Shown: positions 9,649-20,105, counted from the stretch's first letter. The stretch: DNA of 64,000 nucleotides from Calditrichaceae bacterium (GCA_050173015.1 JBFXLE010000004.1:64001-128000), one strand, 5' to 3'. The notes: generated by a model not told the origin, from the sequence alone. Numbers and translations: made by a program.

Positions 9649-10656
9649 ATGATTAAAAATACTGTCTATATATGTCTTATAATTTGCTCTCTGGTCCTTA
9701 ATGCTTTCGGCCAAACGAAAGTAGGGACAACGGCAGCTAATTTCTTAACCATACCTATCGGCGCCCGCGCTACAGGTATGGGGGGAGCCTTTGTCGCTAT
9801 AGCGAATGACGCGACGAGCGCGTATTGGAATCCGGCGGGATTGACGCGTCTAAGCGGAAATCAAATAAACGCGACGCATACACCATGGCTGGTAAATACG
9901 AATCTGAACTGGCTGAGTCTGGTGATGAAATTCGGGGAAAATGCATTGAGTGTCAGTATCAATCAACTCGACTATGGCAGTGAAGAAATTACAACCGCCG
10001 ACGCGCCGATGGGTACCGGGCAGAAATGGGAGGCGATGGATTTGTCCTTCGGTATTTCATACGCCAGGGAACTGACCGACCGTTTTTCATTTGGAACGAC
10101 TTTTAAAATTATTCAACAACAGATTTGGCACGAGACCGCTAATGCGATAGCCATGGATGTCGGTCTTATGTACAATACGGAATTCAGGGGGTTGACCATC
10201 GGGATGAATATCTCAAACTTTGGATCGGAATTGCAAATGACCGGTAAAGATCTGCTGCAGCCTGTTGATATTGATCCGGGAAATAGCGGAAATAACGATA
10301 ATATTGTGGCCAACATGGATACAGATTCCTGGCCTCTGCCATTGGCTTTTACGGTAGGGCTTGGTGTGGATATTTTTCAGAACGAAAATTGGCGCGTTAC
10401 GATGGCCAGCGACGCCACACATCCCAATAATCAGAAACTGCATATGAATCTTGGAACAGAGTTTTCCTGGCGTGAGATCCTTGCGTTGCGCGCGGGGTAT
10501 AATTCCATGTTTAAGGAAGAAGCGCAGGAGGGATTCGCTTTTGGATTTGGTCTCAATTATCCTTTCGGTGATTTAATAGTTTCATTAGATTATAGTTATA
10601 TGGAATTCGGAGTTTTTAATCCGATTTCACGTTATTCGTTAAATTTGCAATTTTAA
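9649..10656 (+). CDS. PorV/PorQ-family outer-membrane beta-barrel protein
   Basis: KVGTTAANFLTIPIGARATGMGGAFVAIANDATSAYWNPAGL signature; LRAGY; terminal Phe. Confidence 0.9.
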   Translation: MIKNTVYICLIICSLVLNAFGQTKVGTTAANFLTIPIGARATGMGGAFVAIANDATSAYWNPAGLTRLSGNQINATHTPWLVNTNLNWLSLVMKFGENALSVSINQLDYGSEEITTADAPMGTGQKWEAMDLSFGISYARELTDRFSFGTTFKIIQQQIWHETANAIAMDVGLMYNTEFRGLTIGMNISNFGSELQMTGKDLLQPVDIDPGNSGNNDNIVANMDTDSWPLPLAFTVGLGVDIFQNENWRVTMASDATHPNNQKLHMNLGTEFSWREILALRAGYNSMFKEEAQEGFAFGFGLNYPFGDLIVSLDYSYMEFGVFNPISRYSLNLQF

Positions 10657-10713
10657 GAACTGATTTTGGGTGTTATCCTGATCTGAAAATGGCAACAATC
10701 ACTCAAATGGAAA

Positions 10714-12366
10714 ATGAAGGGAATCTCTATGCAATTTGGCACCATTGATTATATCGTCTTTATCGGATATCTCCTTCTTATCGTCGGACTTGGTTTATGG
10801 GTATCACGTGACAAAAAAGGCCATATCAAAGACTCAAAAGATTATTTTCTTGCCAGTAAATCCCTGCCATGGTGGGCCATTGGCGCGTCCCTGATCGCCG
10901 CGAATATCTCGGCTGAGCAGTTTATTGGCATGTCCGGTTCGGGCTTTGCGATAGGCCTTGCCATCGCCTCGTATGAATGGATGGCGGCTATTACACTGAT
11001 CATCGTCGGGAAGTTTTTTCTCCCGATATTTATTGAAAAGAAACTGTACACTATTCCTGAATTTATTGAAAAGCGTTTCAGTACAAACCTGAAAACAATT
11101 CTTGCTGTTTTCTGGGTGGCGCTCTTTATATTCGTAAATCTCACCTCGGTGCTGTTCCTGGGAGGGAAGGCTCTGGATACCATTATCGGAAACGGTGACG
11201 GCAATTATATCATCTATGCCATCATATTCCTGGCATTTATAGCCGCTGCTTATTCTTTGTACGGCGGTCTCTCCGCTGTCGCATGGACTGACGTTGTACA
11301 GGTCGCGCTTCTGGTGATCGGCGGTTTAATTACATCGGTAATCGCGCTGAATCATGTCACACCCGAAGGTGGAGTGTTTGCCGGATTGGCTCATATCTAC
11401 GATCAGGCCGGGGATAAATTCCATATGATACTCTCCAGAGATAATCCAGAGTTTTTTAACCTGCCCGGGATAGCCGTTCTGATTGGCGGTATGTGGGTGG
11501 CGAATCTCTACTATTGGGGTTTTAACCAGTATATCATTCAGCGGACACTGGCGGCTAAATCGCTTAAAGAAGCTCAAAACGGTATCGCGTTCGCGGCATT
11601 CCTGAAATTAATTATTCCCGTAATCGTCGTGATTCCGGGAATCGTTGCTTATGTCCTATACGCGCAGCCGGAAGGAACCGCCGTTATTGAGGGCGTCAGA
11701 GAGGCTTTTAGTAACGGAAACGGCGGGATCAATTACGATAAAGCTTATCCGTGGCTGATCAGCGTATTTATCCCGACGGGATTGAAGGGACTGGTATTGG
11801 CCGCGTTGACCGCAGCGATTGTGTCTTCGGTCGCCTCTATGCTTAACTCCACATCGACGATATTTACCATGGATATTTTTAAACCGTATATCAATAAAAA
11901 CGCGTCAGAGAAACAGCTTGTCAGCGTTGGCCGGATCGCCGCGTTTGCCGCTTTGCTGATTGCCGTTTTTATGGCGCCGGTCATGGGTAATATTCCACAG
12001 ATGTTTCAGTATATCCAGGAATATACCGGTTTAGTCAGTCCGGGAATTCTGGCGGTATTTCTGATGGGTTTGTTCTGGAAAAAAGCCACCAACAAAGGAG
12101 CAATAGCGGGGGTTCTCTCATCCATCGTTATCGCGCTCGTTCTTAAGAGTCAGGTTGTTGATTTACCATGGATGGATCAGATGTTCTATACGATGCTGAT
12201 AACAATGGCAATAATCGCGGGTGTGAGTTTGACGACATCTGAAAGCTCCGATGATCCAAATGCGATTCAACTGGAACCGAAGATGTTTCAAACTTCCCAG
12301 GTGTTCAACATCAGCGCTTATATTGTTTTGATTGTTTTGGTGGTGCTGTACACTGCATTCTGGTAA
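10714..12366 (+). CDS. Sodium/glucose(galactose) symporter, vSGLT-like (SSS family)
   Basis: ANISAEQFIGMSGSGF, ASYEWM, WVANLYYWGFNQYIIQR, AAIVSS match vSGLT sugar- and Na-binding motifs. Confidence 0.92.
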   Translation: MKGISMQFGTIDYIVFIGYLLLIVGLGLWVSRDKKGHIKDSKDYFLASKSLPWWAIGASLIAANISAEQFIGMSGSGFAIGLAIASYEWMAAITLIIVGKFFLPIFIEKKLYTIPEFIEKRFSTNLKTILAVFWVALFIFVNLTSVLFLGGKALDTIIGNGDGNYIIYAIIFLAFIAAAYSLYGGLSAVAWTDVVQVALLVIGGLITSVIALNHVTPEGGVFAGLAHIYDQAGDKFHMILSRDNPEFFNLPGIAVLIGGMWVANLYYWGFNQYIIQRTLAAKSLKEAQNGIAFAAFLKLIIPVIVVIPGIVAYVLYAQPEGTAVIEGVREAFSNGNGGINYDKAYPWLISVFIPTGLKGLVLAALTAAIVSSVASMLNSTSTIFTMDIFKPYINKNASEKQLVSVGRIAAFAALLIAVFMAPVMGNIPQMFQYIQEYTGLVSPGILAVFLMGLFWKKATNKGAIAGVLSSIVIALVLKSQVVDLPWMDQMFYTMLITMAIIAGVSLTTSESSDDPNAIQLEPKMFQTSQVFNISAYIVLIVLVVLYTAFW

Positions 12367-12418
12367 TAAAAATTGTATGGATCGGAATGGATCCTGACCA
12401 ACGGTTGTAAATGTTCTC

Positions 12419-14233
12419 GTGTTTAACAATGCCGAAAGAAATATTTTGAAGGAAAACAAAAGGGTGTTGACAAAGAATTTAATATATTTGTGGAGTTCTT
12501 TTTTTATTTTATCATGCGGATCGACGGTCTCAGATGAATTTTCTCCCCTGATACATGAATCAGGACGCTGGTTTGCGGAGGTCCGGACGGAAAAAGCAAA
12601 TTACAAGGATGGAGAAAAAGTCAGCTTTCTGCTGTCATTCCATGATAAACCGCAGCAGGAATCTGAAGTTTTTATTCGTTACCGATATCTGAATACCGTT
12701 TTGGATTCTCAAACAATAAAGACACCGGACAGCCTGGGTATTCACTGGCAATGGAATCCCCCGGCTCATGATTTCAGGGGGTATTTGACTGAAATATTCC
12801 TGAAGTACAATAACCGCGTATTAGATCAAATCAACATCGCGATTGATGTTTCGTCTGACTGGAGCCGTTTCCCTCGTTATGGTTTCCTTTCACGCTATCC
12901 CGAACTGAGTCAAAGCGCCATTGATTCTGTTATGCGCCGTTTGAATCGTCATCATATAAACGGGATTCAGTTTTATGACTGGCATTTTAAACATCATATG
13001 CCCCTGAGCACAAAGGACGGGCAAGTGACGGATACCTGGCCTGATATAGCCAAACGGCCCATACATCGCGAGACGATTGAAAAATATATAAAAGCTTGCG
13101 CTAAGTATGGTATGAAATCGATGGCCTATAATCTTTTGTATGGAAGCTGGGAGGACGGGCCGCGGGACGGAGCGCCCGCGAGTTGGCGGTTGTATCGCGA
13201 CCAAACTCAGAAGGAACCGGTTAAAATTGATTTTGATTCGAGCTGGTCAAGTGATATTTATTGGATGAATCCGGACAATAGGGACTGGCAGAATTATATT
13301 TTTCATCAGACTGAAAAAGTGTTTAACGCGTTACCATTTGATGGCTGGCATGTGGATCAGCTGGGTGACTGGGGGAAGATGTGGACGGCTGATGGCAGGG
13401 AAATCATGCCGGATACGACATTTGGAGATTTTTTGACATCCGCGCGTCAATATCTCAATCGACCTCTGGTTATGAATGCTGTATCGCAGTACGGACAGGA
13501 AGAGATTGCCGCAAGCCCGGTCGAATTTCTGTACTCCGAAGTCTGGGACCCTGACAGTACATACGCTGATTTGCTAAAGATTATCCGGCAAAACGATACC
13601 CTTGGAAATTCCCGGTTAAAGACTGTGTTCGCGGCATATGTGAATCAGGGCCTTGCCGAAAAGCCCGGCATGGCGAACACCGCTTCCGTTTTATTGGCTG
13701 ATGCCCTTATCTTTGCCGCGGGTGGAGATCACCTCGAATTGGGAGAGCATCTGCTGGTTCATCCATATTTCCCGAATAATAATCTTAAAATGGATGCCGC
13801 GTTACAAAAAAGTATGCTCGATTATTATGATTTTATGGTAGCGTATCAAAATATTTTAAGAGGGAATTTAAAAGACTCAGACATGAAAATTGAATCGGAC
13901 CAAAGGATTGAATTGAGTAAGGTACCGGAGCAGGGTAAAATATGGTATTCCGCTAAAACGGATAATCGGCGGAGCGTCGCGCATCTGGTAAATTTTTCAT
14001 CGGCCAAAACGATGAACTGGCGTGATGATAAGGGAATACAGACCGAACCGGATCTGATTAATCTATTGTCCATTTCATTTAATAGTACATCGCCCATACG
14101 TCAGATTTGGTATGCCTCTCCTGATTTTAATTCCGGTTCCCCTTTTACTATACCTTTCAAACAGGACGGAGATAAGATATTCCTGAAGCTGCCGCGATTC
14201 AGATACTGGTCTATGCTGGTGATGGAACAATAG
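12419..14233 (+). CDS. Glycoside hydrolase family 66 (dextranase/CITase), lipoprotein; true start probably 12464 or 12467
   Basis: DVSSDWSRFPRYGFL, HINGIQFYDW, FDGWHVDQLG, FLYSEVW, GGDHLELGE; lipobox-like FILSC. Confidence 0.92.
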   Translation: MFNNAERNILKENKRVLTKNLIYLWSSFFILSCGSTVSDEFSPLIHESGRWFAEVRTEKANYKDGEKVSFLLSFHDKPQQESEVFIRYRYLNTVLDSQTIKTPDSLGIHWQWNPPAHDFRGYLTEIFLKYNNRVLDQINIAIDVSSDWSRFPRYGFLSRYPELSQSAIDSVMRRLNRHHINGIQFYDWHFKHHMPLSTKDGQVTDTWPDIAKRPIHRETIEKYIKACAKYGMKSMAYNLLYGSWEDGPRDGAPASWRLYRDQTQKEPVKIDFDSSWSSDIYWMNPDNRDWQNYIFHQTEKVFNALPFDGWHVDQLGDWGKMWTADGREIMPDTTFGDFLTSARQYLNRPLVMNAVSQYGQEEIAASPVEFLYSEVWDPDSTYADLLKIIRQNDTLGNSRLKTVFAAYVNQGLAEKPGMANTASVLLADALIFAAGGDHLELGEHLLVHPYFPNNNLKMDAALQKSMLDYYDFMVAYQNILRGNLKDSDMKIESDQRIELSKVPEQGKIWYSAKTDNRRSVAHLVNFSSAKTMNWRDDKGIQTEPDLINLLSISFNSTSPIRQIWYASPDFNSGSPFTIPFKQDGDKIFLKLPRFRYWSMLVMEQ

Positions 14234-14242
14234 GAGATTTTA

Positions 14243-16291
14243 ATGCTTTTTCGGCTGAAAAATATATGGCGTGTAACATTTTTGGTGATGGTGGTATTCA
14301 CACTGCAATCCCGCGCGGATAGCCTGGGTGAAATCAGGACAGATCAGGCCAGATATTCACCCGGTGATAGTGTAAACTTTAACCTTGAAATAACGGAATT
14401 ACCTGGTAATTCCATCTTAAAAATTGAATATCTCTTTCTAAACAGGGTTGTTGACAGCGTTTCATATTATCCGGGAAACGCGGGTAATTTTGAATGGGTA
14501 TGGCAGACGCCCAATGATGATTTTCGGGGATATTTGGTGGTTATTTCCCTCATGCAGGATGCCGTGATAAGTGACAGGACCGTCATCGGGGTGGACGTGT
14601 CCTCCGATTGGAGCCGTTTCCCGCGTTACGGTTTTTTATCCGCGTATCCGTACTTAAGTCAGGCCGGTGTTGACGCGACCATAGCCGAGTTAAACCGCTA
14701 TCATATTAACGGAATCCAATATTATGACTGGCATTATAAACATCATCTCCCGTTAAAGGGAACACCGGAAAATCCCGCCGGTACCTGGCCCGACATTGCC
14801 AACAGGACAAATTATTTCGCGACAATCAAACGGTACATCGATACCGGCCATCTGCATGGTATGAAAGCCATGGCCTATAATTTACTTTACGGCGCCTATG
14901 AAGACGCGCAAAATGATGGTGTACAGGATGAATGGCGGCTTTTTAAAGACACTTTTCATTCTGACCCTGATTTTCATGATTTACCGGATACATGGGCCAG
15001 TGACATCTATTTAATTGATCCATCCAATCCCGCTTGGAAAAATTATATTTTTGATAAAATGTCCGATGTTTTTGAGGCGTTACCCTTTGACGGTTGGCAT
15101 ATTGATCAGTTAGGTGACAGAGGGGCGCGTTATAACTACAGCGGCCAGCGGGTGGATCTTAATCAAACTTTTTTACCGTATATAGAACAAACGAAGGATG
15201 CCATGGATGTTTCGCTGGTGATGAATGCCGTCAACCAGTATGGGCAGCAGGATATCGCGAAAAGTCCGGTGGATTTTCTGTACACGGAAGTCTGGTGGCC
15301 CAATGAAACCTATTCAGATCTCGTCTTTATCATTCTGGATAACGCCTCCTATTCCGAAAATAAGCTGTCGACAGTATTGGCCGCCTATATGGATCGTTCA
15401 CTTTCTTCCCAAAGCGGCTATTTTAATGCTCCGGGCGTTTTTTTGACGGACGCGGTAATATTCGCCGCGGGCGGATCGCATCTGGAATTGGGAGAGCATA
15501 TGCTTGCCAATGAGTACTTTCCCAACAACAATCTGCAGATGTCTGAGGATCTGAAAAATCAATTGGTTCATTACTATGATTTCCTGGTGGCATATCAGAA
15601 CCTGCTGCGTGACGGCGGCGATTTTAATCAGGTTTATCTTACATCGGAAAACGATATTTCAATTAAATATTACGCGCAAAAAGGGAGTGTGTGGAATTTT
15701 TCAAAACTGAAAGGTGATTTGCAGATTTTTCATTTAATCAATTTTAAAGACGCCACTTCACTTAATTGGCGGGACGATACAGGCACACAGCCGGAGCCTG
15801 AAACAATCTCAAATACACCAGTCTATTTTACGACTCAGGAAAAAGTAAAATCCCTATGGCTGGCCACTCCCGATTTTAATGGCGGTAATCCCGAAAACTT
15901 ACTTTTTAGTCAGAAGAATGACACGGTTTATTTTGAAATACCGTATTTAAAGTATTGGGATATGCTTGTGGCTGAATATGATGTGAACACGGGCATTGAT
16001 GATGGTGATTTAATCTATCCGGGACAAGCCAGGATGCTGGGCAATTACCCCAATCCGTTTAACCCGGAGACCCGGATCAGTTTTGAGCTGAATGCGTCGA
16101 TGCATATCGAGTTGTCGGTTTATAATATCGCGGGGCAAAAAATCGCGACTTTGGCGAATCAAAAATTTACATCAGGGCAGCATTCCGTTTCATGGAAACC
16201 GGAAAGCAGTTTGGCCAGCGCGGTTTATTTTGCCGTTCTTAAAACAAATGAGGGCAACGTACTTTTTCACAAACTGCTCTATTTAAAATAA
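14243..16291 (+). CDS. Glycoside hydrolase family 66 with T9SS-type C-terminal domain
   Basis: Same GH66 motifs (DVSSDWSRFPRYG, FDGWHIDQLG, LYTEVW, GGSHLELGE); C-terminal NYPNPFNP...VYNIAGQKI...KLLYLK. Confidence 0.92.
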   Translation: MLFRLKNIWRVTFLVMVVFTLQSRADSLGEIRTDQARYSPGDSVNFNLEITELPGNSILKIEYLFLNRVVDSVSYYPGNAGNFEWVWQTPNDDFRGYLVVISLMQDAVISDRTVIGVDVSSDWSRFPRYGFLSAYPYLSQAGVDATIAELNRYHINGIQYYDWHYKHHLPLKGTPENPAGTWPDIANRTNYFATIKRYIDTGHLHGMKAMAYNLLYGAYEDAQNDGVQDEWRLFKDTFHSDPDFHDLPDTWASDIYLIDPSNPAWKNYIFDKMSDVFEALPFDGWHIDQLGDRGARYNYSGQRVDLNQTFLPYIEQTKDAMDVSLVMNAVNQYGQQDIAKSPVDFLYTEVWWPNETYSDLVFIILDNASYSENKLSTVLAAYMDRSLSSQSGYFNAPGVFLTDAVIFAAGGSHLELGEHMLANEYFPNNNLQMSEDLKNQLVHYYDFLVAYQNLLRDGGDFNQVYLTSENDISIKYYAQKGSVWNFSKLKGDLQIFHLINFKDATSLNWRDDTGTQPEPETISNTPVYFTTQEKVKSLWLATPDFNGGNPENLLFSQKNDTVYFEIPYLKYWDMLVAEYDVNTGIDDGDLIYPGQARMLGNYPNPFNPETRISFELNASMHIELSVYNIAGQKIATLANQKFTSGQHSVSWKPESSLASAVYFAVLKTNEGNVLFHKLLYLK

Positions 16292-16307
16292 AAATTACTG
16301 AAACGAG

Positions 16308-18968
16308 GTGGGAGTGAGACGATCCAGTTTATTTATAATAATGATATTAATGATTGCCGGTTCATGTATGCAGTCAAAAATCTACAAGTCAGAAAAGTTT
16401 GAAATAACCCAAAACAAAGTGGTTCAGGGTCAATACTACGCGGAAGCGGTTAGCCCGGAACATATCAAATCCACTTATCAAAGTGATTTCAAAACTCCTA
16501 CTAAAAGAGAAATATTTTTTAAATTCAGTTTAAATGGCGGAGATAACGAGCGTTTTCCGGGAGAAGATCACCGGATTATTCTGGATGATAACAGTCAGGA
16601 TATGATATCAGAGATCTACCTTTTTGGGGAAAATGATCCGGATCAGGTCATTCACTCAAAAGTAACAGGCGCTCCTGAATTATACAAAGCGGTATTGGTC
16701 ACTTTCAGATGTGATATGAATAATGTGTTAAACGCATTCAGGACGAACGGATTTTACATTACCAAAACCGGCGAACGCATAACCAGGGAACAGTTCAATG
16801 GACTTTATATCGCCGGCGCCCAGTTACCACTCACCTGGGAATTTGGTTCTCTGAGCTCAAAGGATGAATTTCGGTTAAACGATGAAGATGGTGACGGCAT
16901 CTTTGAAATAACACTCAAATTTAACCCAACCCAGGTTGAAAACGACAAGGAAGGCGAATGGAGCTTAAGTACAGATATATCATCTCTGCCTCAATATAAA
17001 TCCGGCATTCCAATTATGGATGCATTGTACAACTTATCTTTGGAAGAATTGTTGCTGGATATCCGGGAAGACGGCGCCTTTATGGCGGGTCAAAAATGGC
17101 CGGGTGTGTGGACGCGCGATGTCAGCTACAGTATTTTACTTTCGCTGGCCGCCATAAGGCCCGATGCCGCCAAAAAGAGTTTGATGAAAAAGGTTCAGAA
17201 CGACAGGATCATTCAGGATACAGGAACGGGCGGTTCCTGGCCGGTTTCCACCGATAGAATGACCTGGACACTGGCGGCCTGGGAAATCTATCAGGTTACC
17301 GGAGATCAGGATTGGTTACGGTACGCGTTTGGCATAATCAAAAACTCAGCCCGGGATGATCTGGCTACGGCGTTCAATCCGTCAACCGGTTTATTTTATG
17401 GTGAATCGTCTTTTTTGGACTGGAGGGAACAAACCTATCCTTTGTGGATGGATCCCAAAGATATCTATAAATCACAATGTCTGGGGACAAATGCCGTTCA
17501 TTTTCAGACCTATCATATTTTAGCTCAAATGGCAGAGATTTTGGGCGAAGACGGAAATGACTATCGTACCCGTGCCATTCAAGTGAAGGACGCGGTAAAC
17601 AAATGGTTGTGGCTTCCTGAAAAAGGGTATTACGGGCAATATTTATATGGCCGGACATTTCTGACTCTATCCCCTAAATCCGAAACCCTCGGTGAAGCAT
17701 TAAGCATAATATTTAATATCACCGATGAAGACCGGCAAAGTTCGATTATGAGTAACATGCCTTTAACTGAATTTGGACCGGTCTGCATATATCCGCAAAT
17801 CCCGGATTTACCTCCATATCACAACAATGGTATCTGGCCATTTGTTTCGGCATACTGGACCTGGGCGGCAGCAGAAGCGAAGAATGTCAAAGCGGTCGAA
17901 CACGGCCTGGCCTCGGTTTACCGCAGCGCCGCTCTGTTTCTGACCAACAAGGAAAATATGGTCGCTCAATCGGGTGATTATCTGGGAACCGAGATCAATT
18001 CGGACCGGCAATTGTGGAGTGTCGCCGGTAATCTGGCGATGACATACCGCGTATTTTTCGGAATGCGCTTCACTCCGGATTCCCTACGATTCAATCCGTT
18101 TATTCCCGAGTCATATGCCGGATTAAAGGAGCTGAAGAATTTTCCGTTCCGAAACGCGAGCCTTAATATTACAATTAGCGGTTTTGGAGATGCTATCAAG
18201 GAAATTCAACTGGATGGAGAAAAATTGGAACATGCCGCGATTCCCGGCAGCATAACGGGACAACATACAATCGCCATCATTATGAACGGAAAACTGCCGG
18301 CGAATACAAGGATCAATCTGGTTGAAAATTATACCGCACCGCAAACTCCCGTAATAAAAGTTGATCAGAACGCGCTGGTTTGGCAACCGGTCAGTCCGGA
18401 CGCGGAATACATCATTGTAAAAAATGGCAGAGAAGAGGCCAAAAGTAAAGAAACCGTATTTAAACTTCCCGATTCGAATGAGCGCGCGGAATACCAGGTG
18501 AAAGCAATTGACCCTAAAGGTTATGAATCATTTTTAAGTGAACCGGTATTGGTGAATATGGAAGAAAAAACACTGTACGCGTACCCGCCGCGGAATCAGT
18601 CAGCCGGCAAAGACGCTTATCTTGTATTGAGCAAAACTAAAAATATCCGTATTGATTTGCGGGTGAAGATTGATGAGTCCGGCACCTACAGTATCGACTG
18701 TTTTTACGCGAACGGCAACGGACCAATCAATACAAACAATCAATGCGCCATCCGTACACTGGTAATTGATGGAACGGTCGCGGGCAAAATGGTGATGGCG
18801 CAGCGCGGCACCGAAAAATGGGACGATTGGGGGTATAGCAACAGTATTCTCAGGAATTTTGATAAAGGCGCGCACACCATCACTTTGTTATATGACGCGA
18901 CCGATGAAAATATGAACGGTGAAGTAAATACGGCGCACCTGCAACATATCCGTTTGTTTAAGATATAG
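16308..18968 (+). CDS. (alpha/alpha)6 glycoside hydrolase (MGH1/GH63-like, amylo-alpha-1,6-glucosidase-like) lipoprotein with C-terminal CBM6/35-like domain
   Basis: WPGVWTRDVSYS, QDTGTGGSWP, GESSFLDWREQTYP, YHNNGIWPF, QLWSVAG; lipobox IAGSC; C-terminal YANGNG..WGYSN. Confidence 0.8.
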   Translation: MGVRRSSLFIIMILMIAGSCMQSKIYKSEKFEITQNKVVQGQYYAEAVSPEHIKSTYQSDFKTPTKREIFFKFSLNGGDNERFPGEDHRIILDDNSQDMISEIYLFGENDPDQVIHSKVTGAPELYKAVLVTFRCDMNNVLNAFRTNGFYITKTGERITREQFNGLYIAGAQLPLTWEFGSLSSKDEFRLNDEDGDGIFEITLKFNPTQVENDKEGEWSLSTDISSLPQYKSGIPIMDALYNLSLEELLLDIREDGAFMAGQKWPGVWTRDVSYSILLSLAAIRPDAAKKSLMKKVQNDRIIQDTGTGGSWPVSTDRMTWTLAAWEIYQVTGDQDWLRYAFGIIKNSARDDLATAFNPSTGLFYGESSFLDWREQTYPLWMDPKDIYKSQCLGTNAVHFQTYHILAQMAEILGEDGNDYRTRAIQVKDAVNKWLWLPEKGYYGQYLYGRTFLTLSPKSETLGEALSIIFNITDEDRQSSIMSNMPLTEFGPVCIYPQIPDLPPYHNNGIWPFVSAYWTWAAAEAKNVKAVEHGLASVYRSAALFLTNKENMVAQSGDYLGTEINSDRQLWSVAGNLAMTYRVFFGMRFTPDSLRFNPFIPESYAGLKELKNFPFRNASLNITISGFGDAIKEIQLDGEKLEHAAIPGSITGQHTIAIIMNGKLPANTRINLVENYTAPQTPVIKVDQNALVWQPVSPDAEYIIVKNGREEAKSKETVFKLPDSNERAEYQVKAIDPKGYESFLSEPVLVNMEEKTLYAYPPRNQSAGKDAYLVLSKTKNIRIDLRVKIDESGTYSIDCFYANGNGPINTNNQCAIRTLVIDGTVAGKMVMAQRGTEKWDDWGYSNSILRNFDKGAHTITLLYDATDENMNGEVNTAHLQHIRLFKI

Positions 18969-19084
18969 AAGCAGGGGAAGATTGGCGTAATGGTAATATT
19001 CTTTTACAATGCGCCTGTCACAACAAATAGTCAGAATATTTAGTAAATCACTGACATCTTACTTATCGAAATTTTCAAATGCTT

Positions 19085-19131
19085 ACCGGTATGAGAAGGG
19101 AAATATGTTTCATTTCTCATGCCGGTTTTTT
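19085..19131 (+). terminator. Rho-independent terminator closing the glucan locus
   Basis: ACCGGTATGAGAA ... TTCTCATGCCGGT stem followed by a T-run. Confidence 0.7.
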
Positions 19132-19281
19132 ATATGGAATTAACCGATGCAGTTCGAACAAAGCTCTATATATTAATTTTTTTTATTCTCCTTTTTCAGT
19201 TAAACAATTATATATTGGTAGAGGTAAAGCATTCATGTTTCAGGATGAGCGATTCTATTGTATAATGAATGGGGATAATCT

Positions 19282-19537
19282 ATGAATTTGAAACCGGCCG
19301 CTGAAATAATTGTCGCGTTGGTAACCGCCGCTTGTGTGATTTTCATTGCAATCCTGTTTAAACAAGTCCTTCATATTCAGGCCGATTTTTTAATGTCAAA
19401 CGGCCCATCGTATTTATTTATTATCTATATTCTGACAAGAGAGCAGGCCAGAAAATCTAAATTTGATAAACCAGTATAATTGGAGTTTAGCAATAATAGG
19501 CATTTCTTTTTTAACCATAATAGTACACATTATATGA
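19282..19537 (+). pseudogene. Small membrane protein interrupted by a 1-nt insertion (pseudogene or sequencing error)
   Basis: ORF stops at TAA 19477-19479; removing one A gives ...KPVYWSLAIIGISFLTIIVHII* (a further TM helix) ending at 19537. Confidence 0.6.
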
Positions 19538-19562
19538 TGATATACTCGCCGGGTGGATAAAA

Positions 19563-20105
19563 ATGAGATATATTTCCCTGCTTCGCGGAATAAATGTAAG
19601 TGGTCAGAAGAAAATCAAAATGGCTGATTTAAAATCTATGTATGAGTCGCTTGGATTTAAAAACGTCATTACGTACATACAGAGCGGAAATGTTATATTT
19701 GATGCCGAATCACTGAACAGGGGCGAATTAAAAATAAAGATTGAAAAAGCGATAGAGCATAAATATACATTTCATGTTTCTGTGGAGATTCGAACGGTCA
19801 GTGAATTTGAGAGTATTATAAAAAACTGTCCCTTCGGCCCTGTTGACCCGGCGGAGGAAGGCGCGAAATTATTAGTGACATTTTTTTCATCACCGCCATC
19901 CGGAATAAGGATTTCCGATATTCAAAACTATGCGGACGCGTCAGAAAAATTAATCGTGAGTAATAAAGAGGCATATCTGTACTGCCCAAACGGCTATGGG
20001 AAAACAAAACTGTCGAATGCCTTTTTAGAAAAAAAGCTTGGTGTCGCGGCAACAACGCGAAACTGGAAATCTGTTCATAAATTGTATGAATTAGCTCAAG
20101 GGTGA
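19563..20105 (+). CDS. DUF1697 family protein
   Basis: YISLLRGINVSG..KIKMADL, TYIQSGNVIF, TTRNWKSV. Confidence 0.92.
   Translation: MRYISLLRGINVSGQKKIKMADLKSMYESLGFKNVITYIQSGNVIFDAESLNRGELKIKIEKAIEHKYTFHVSVEIRTVSEFESIIKNCPFGPVDPAEEGAKLLVTFFSSPPSGIRISDIQNYADASEKLIVSNKEAYLYCPNGYGKTKLSNAFLEKKLGVAATTRNWKSVHKLYELAQG

Noticed and set aside
19079-19285. 68-aa ORF before the small membrane gene
   Set aside because: Overlaps the terminator hairpin; no RBS or protein-like features
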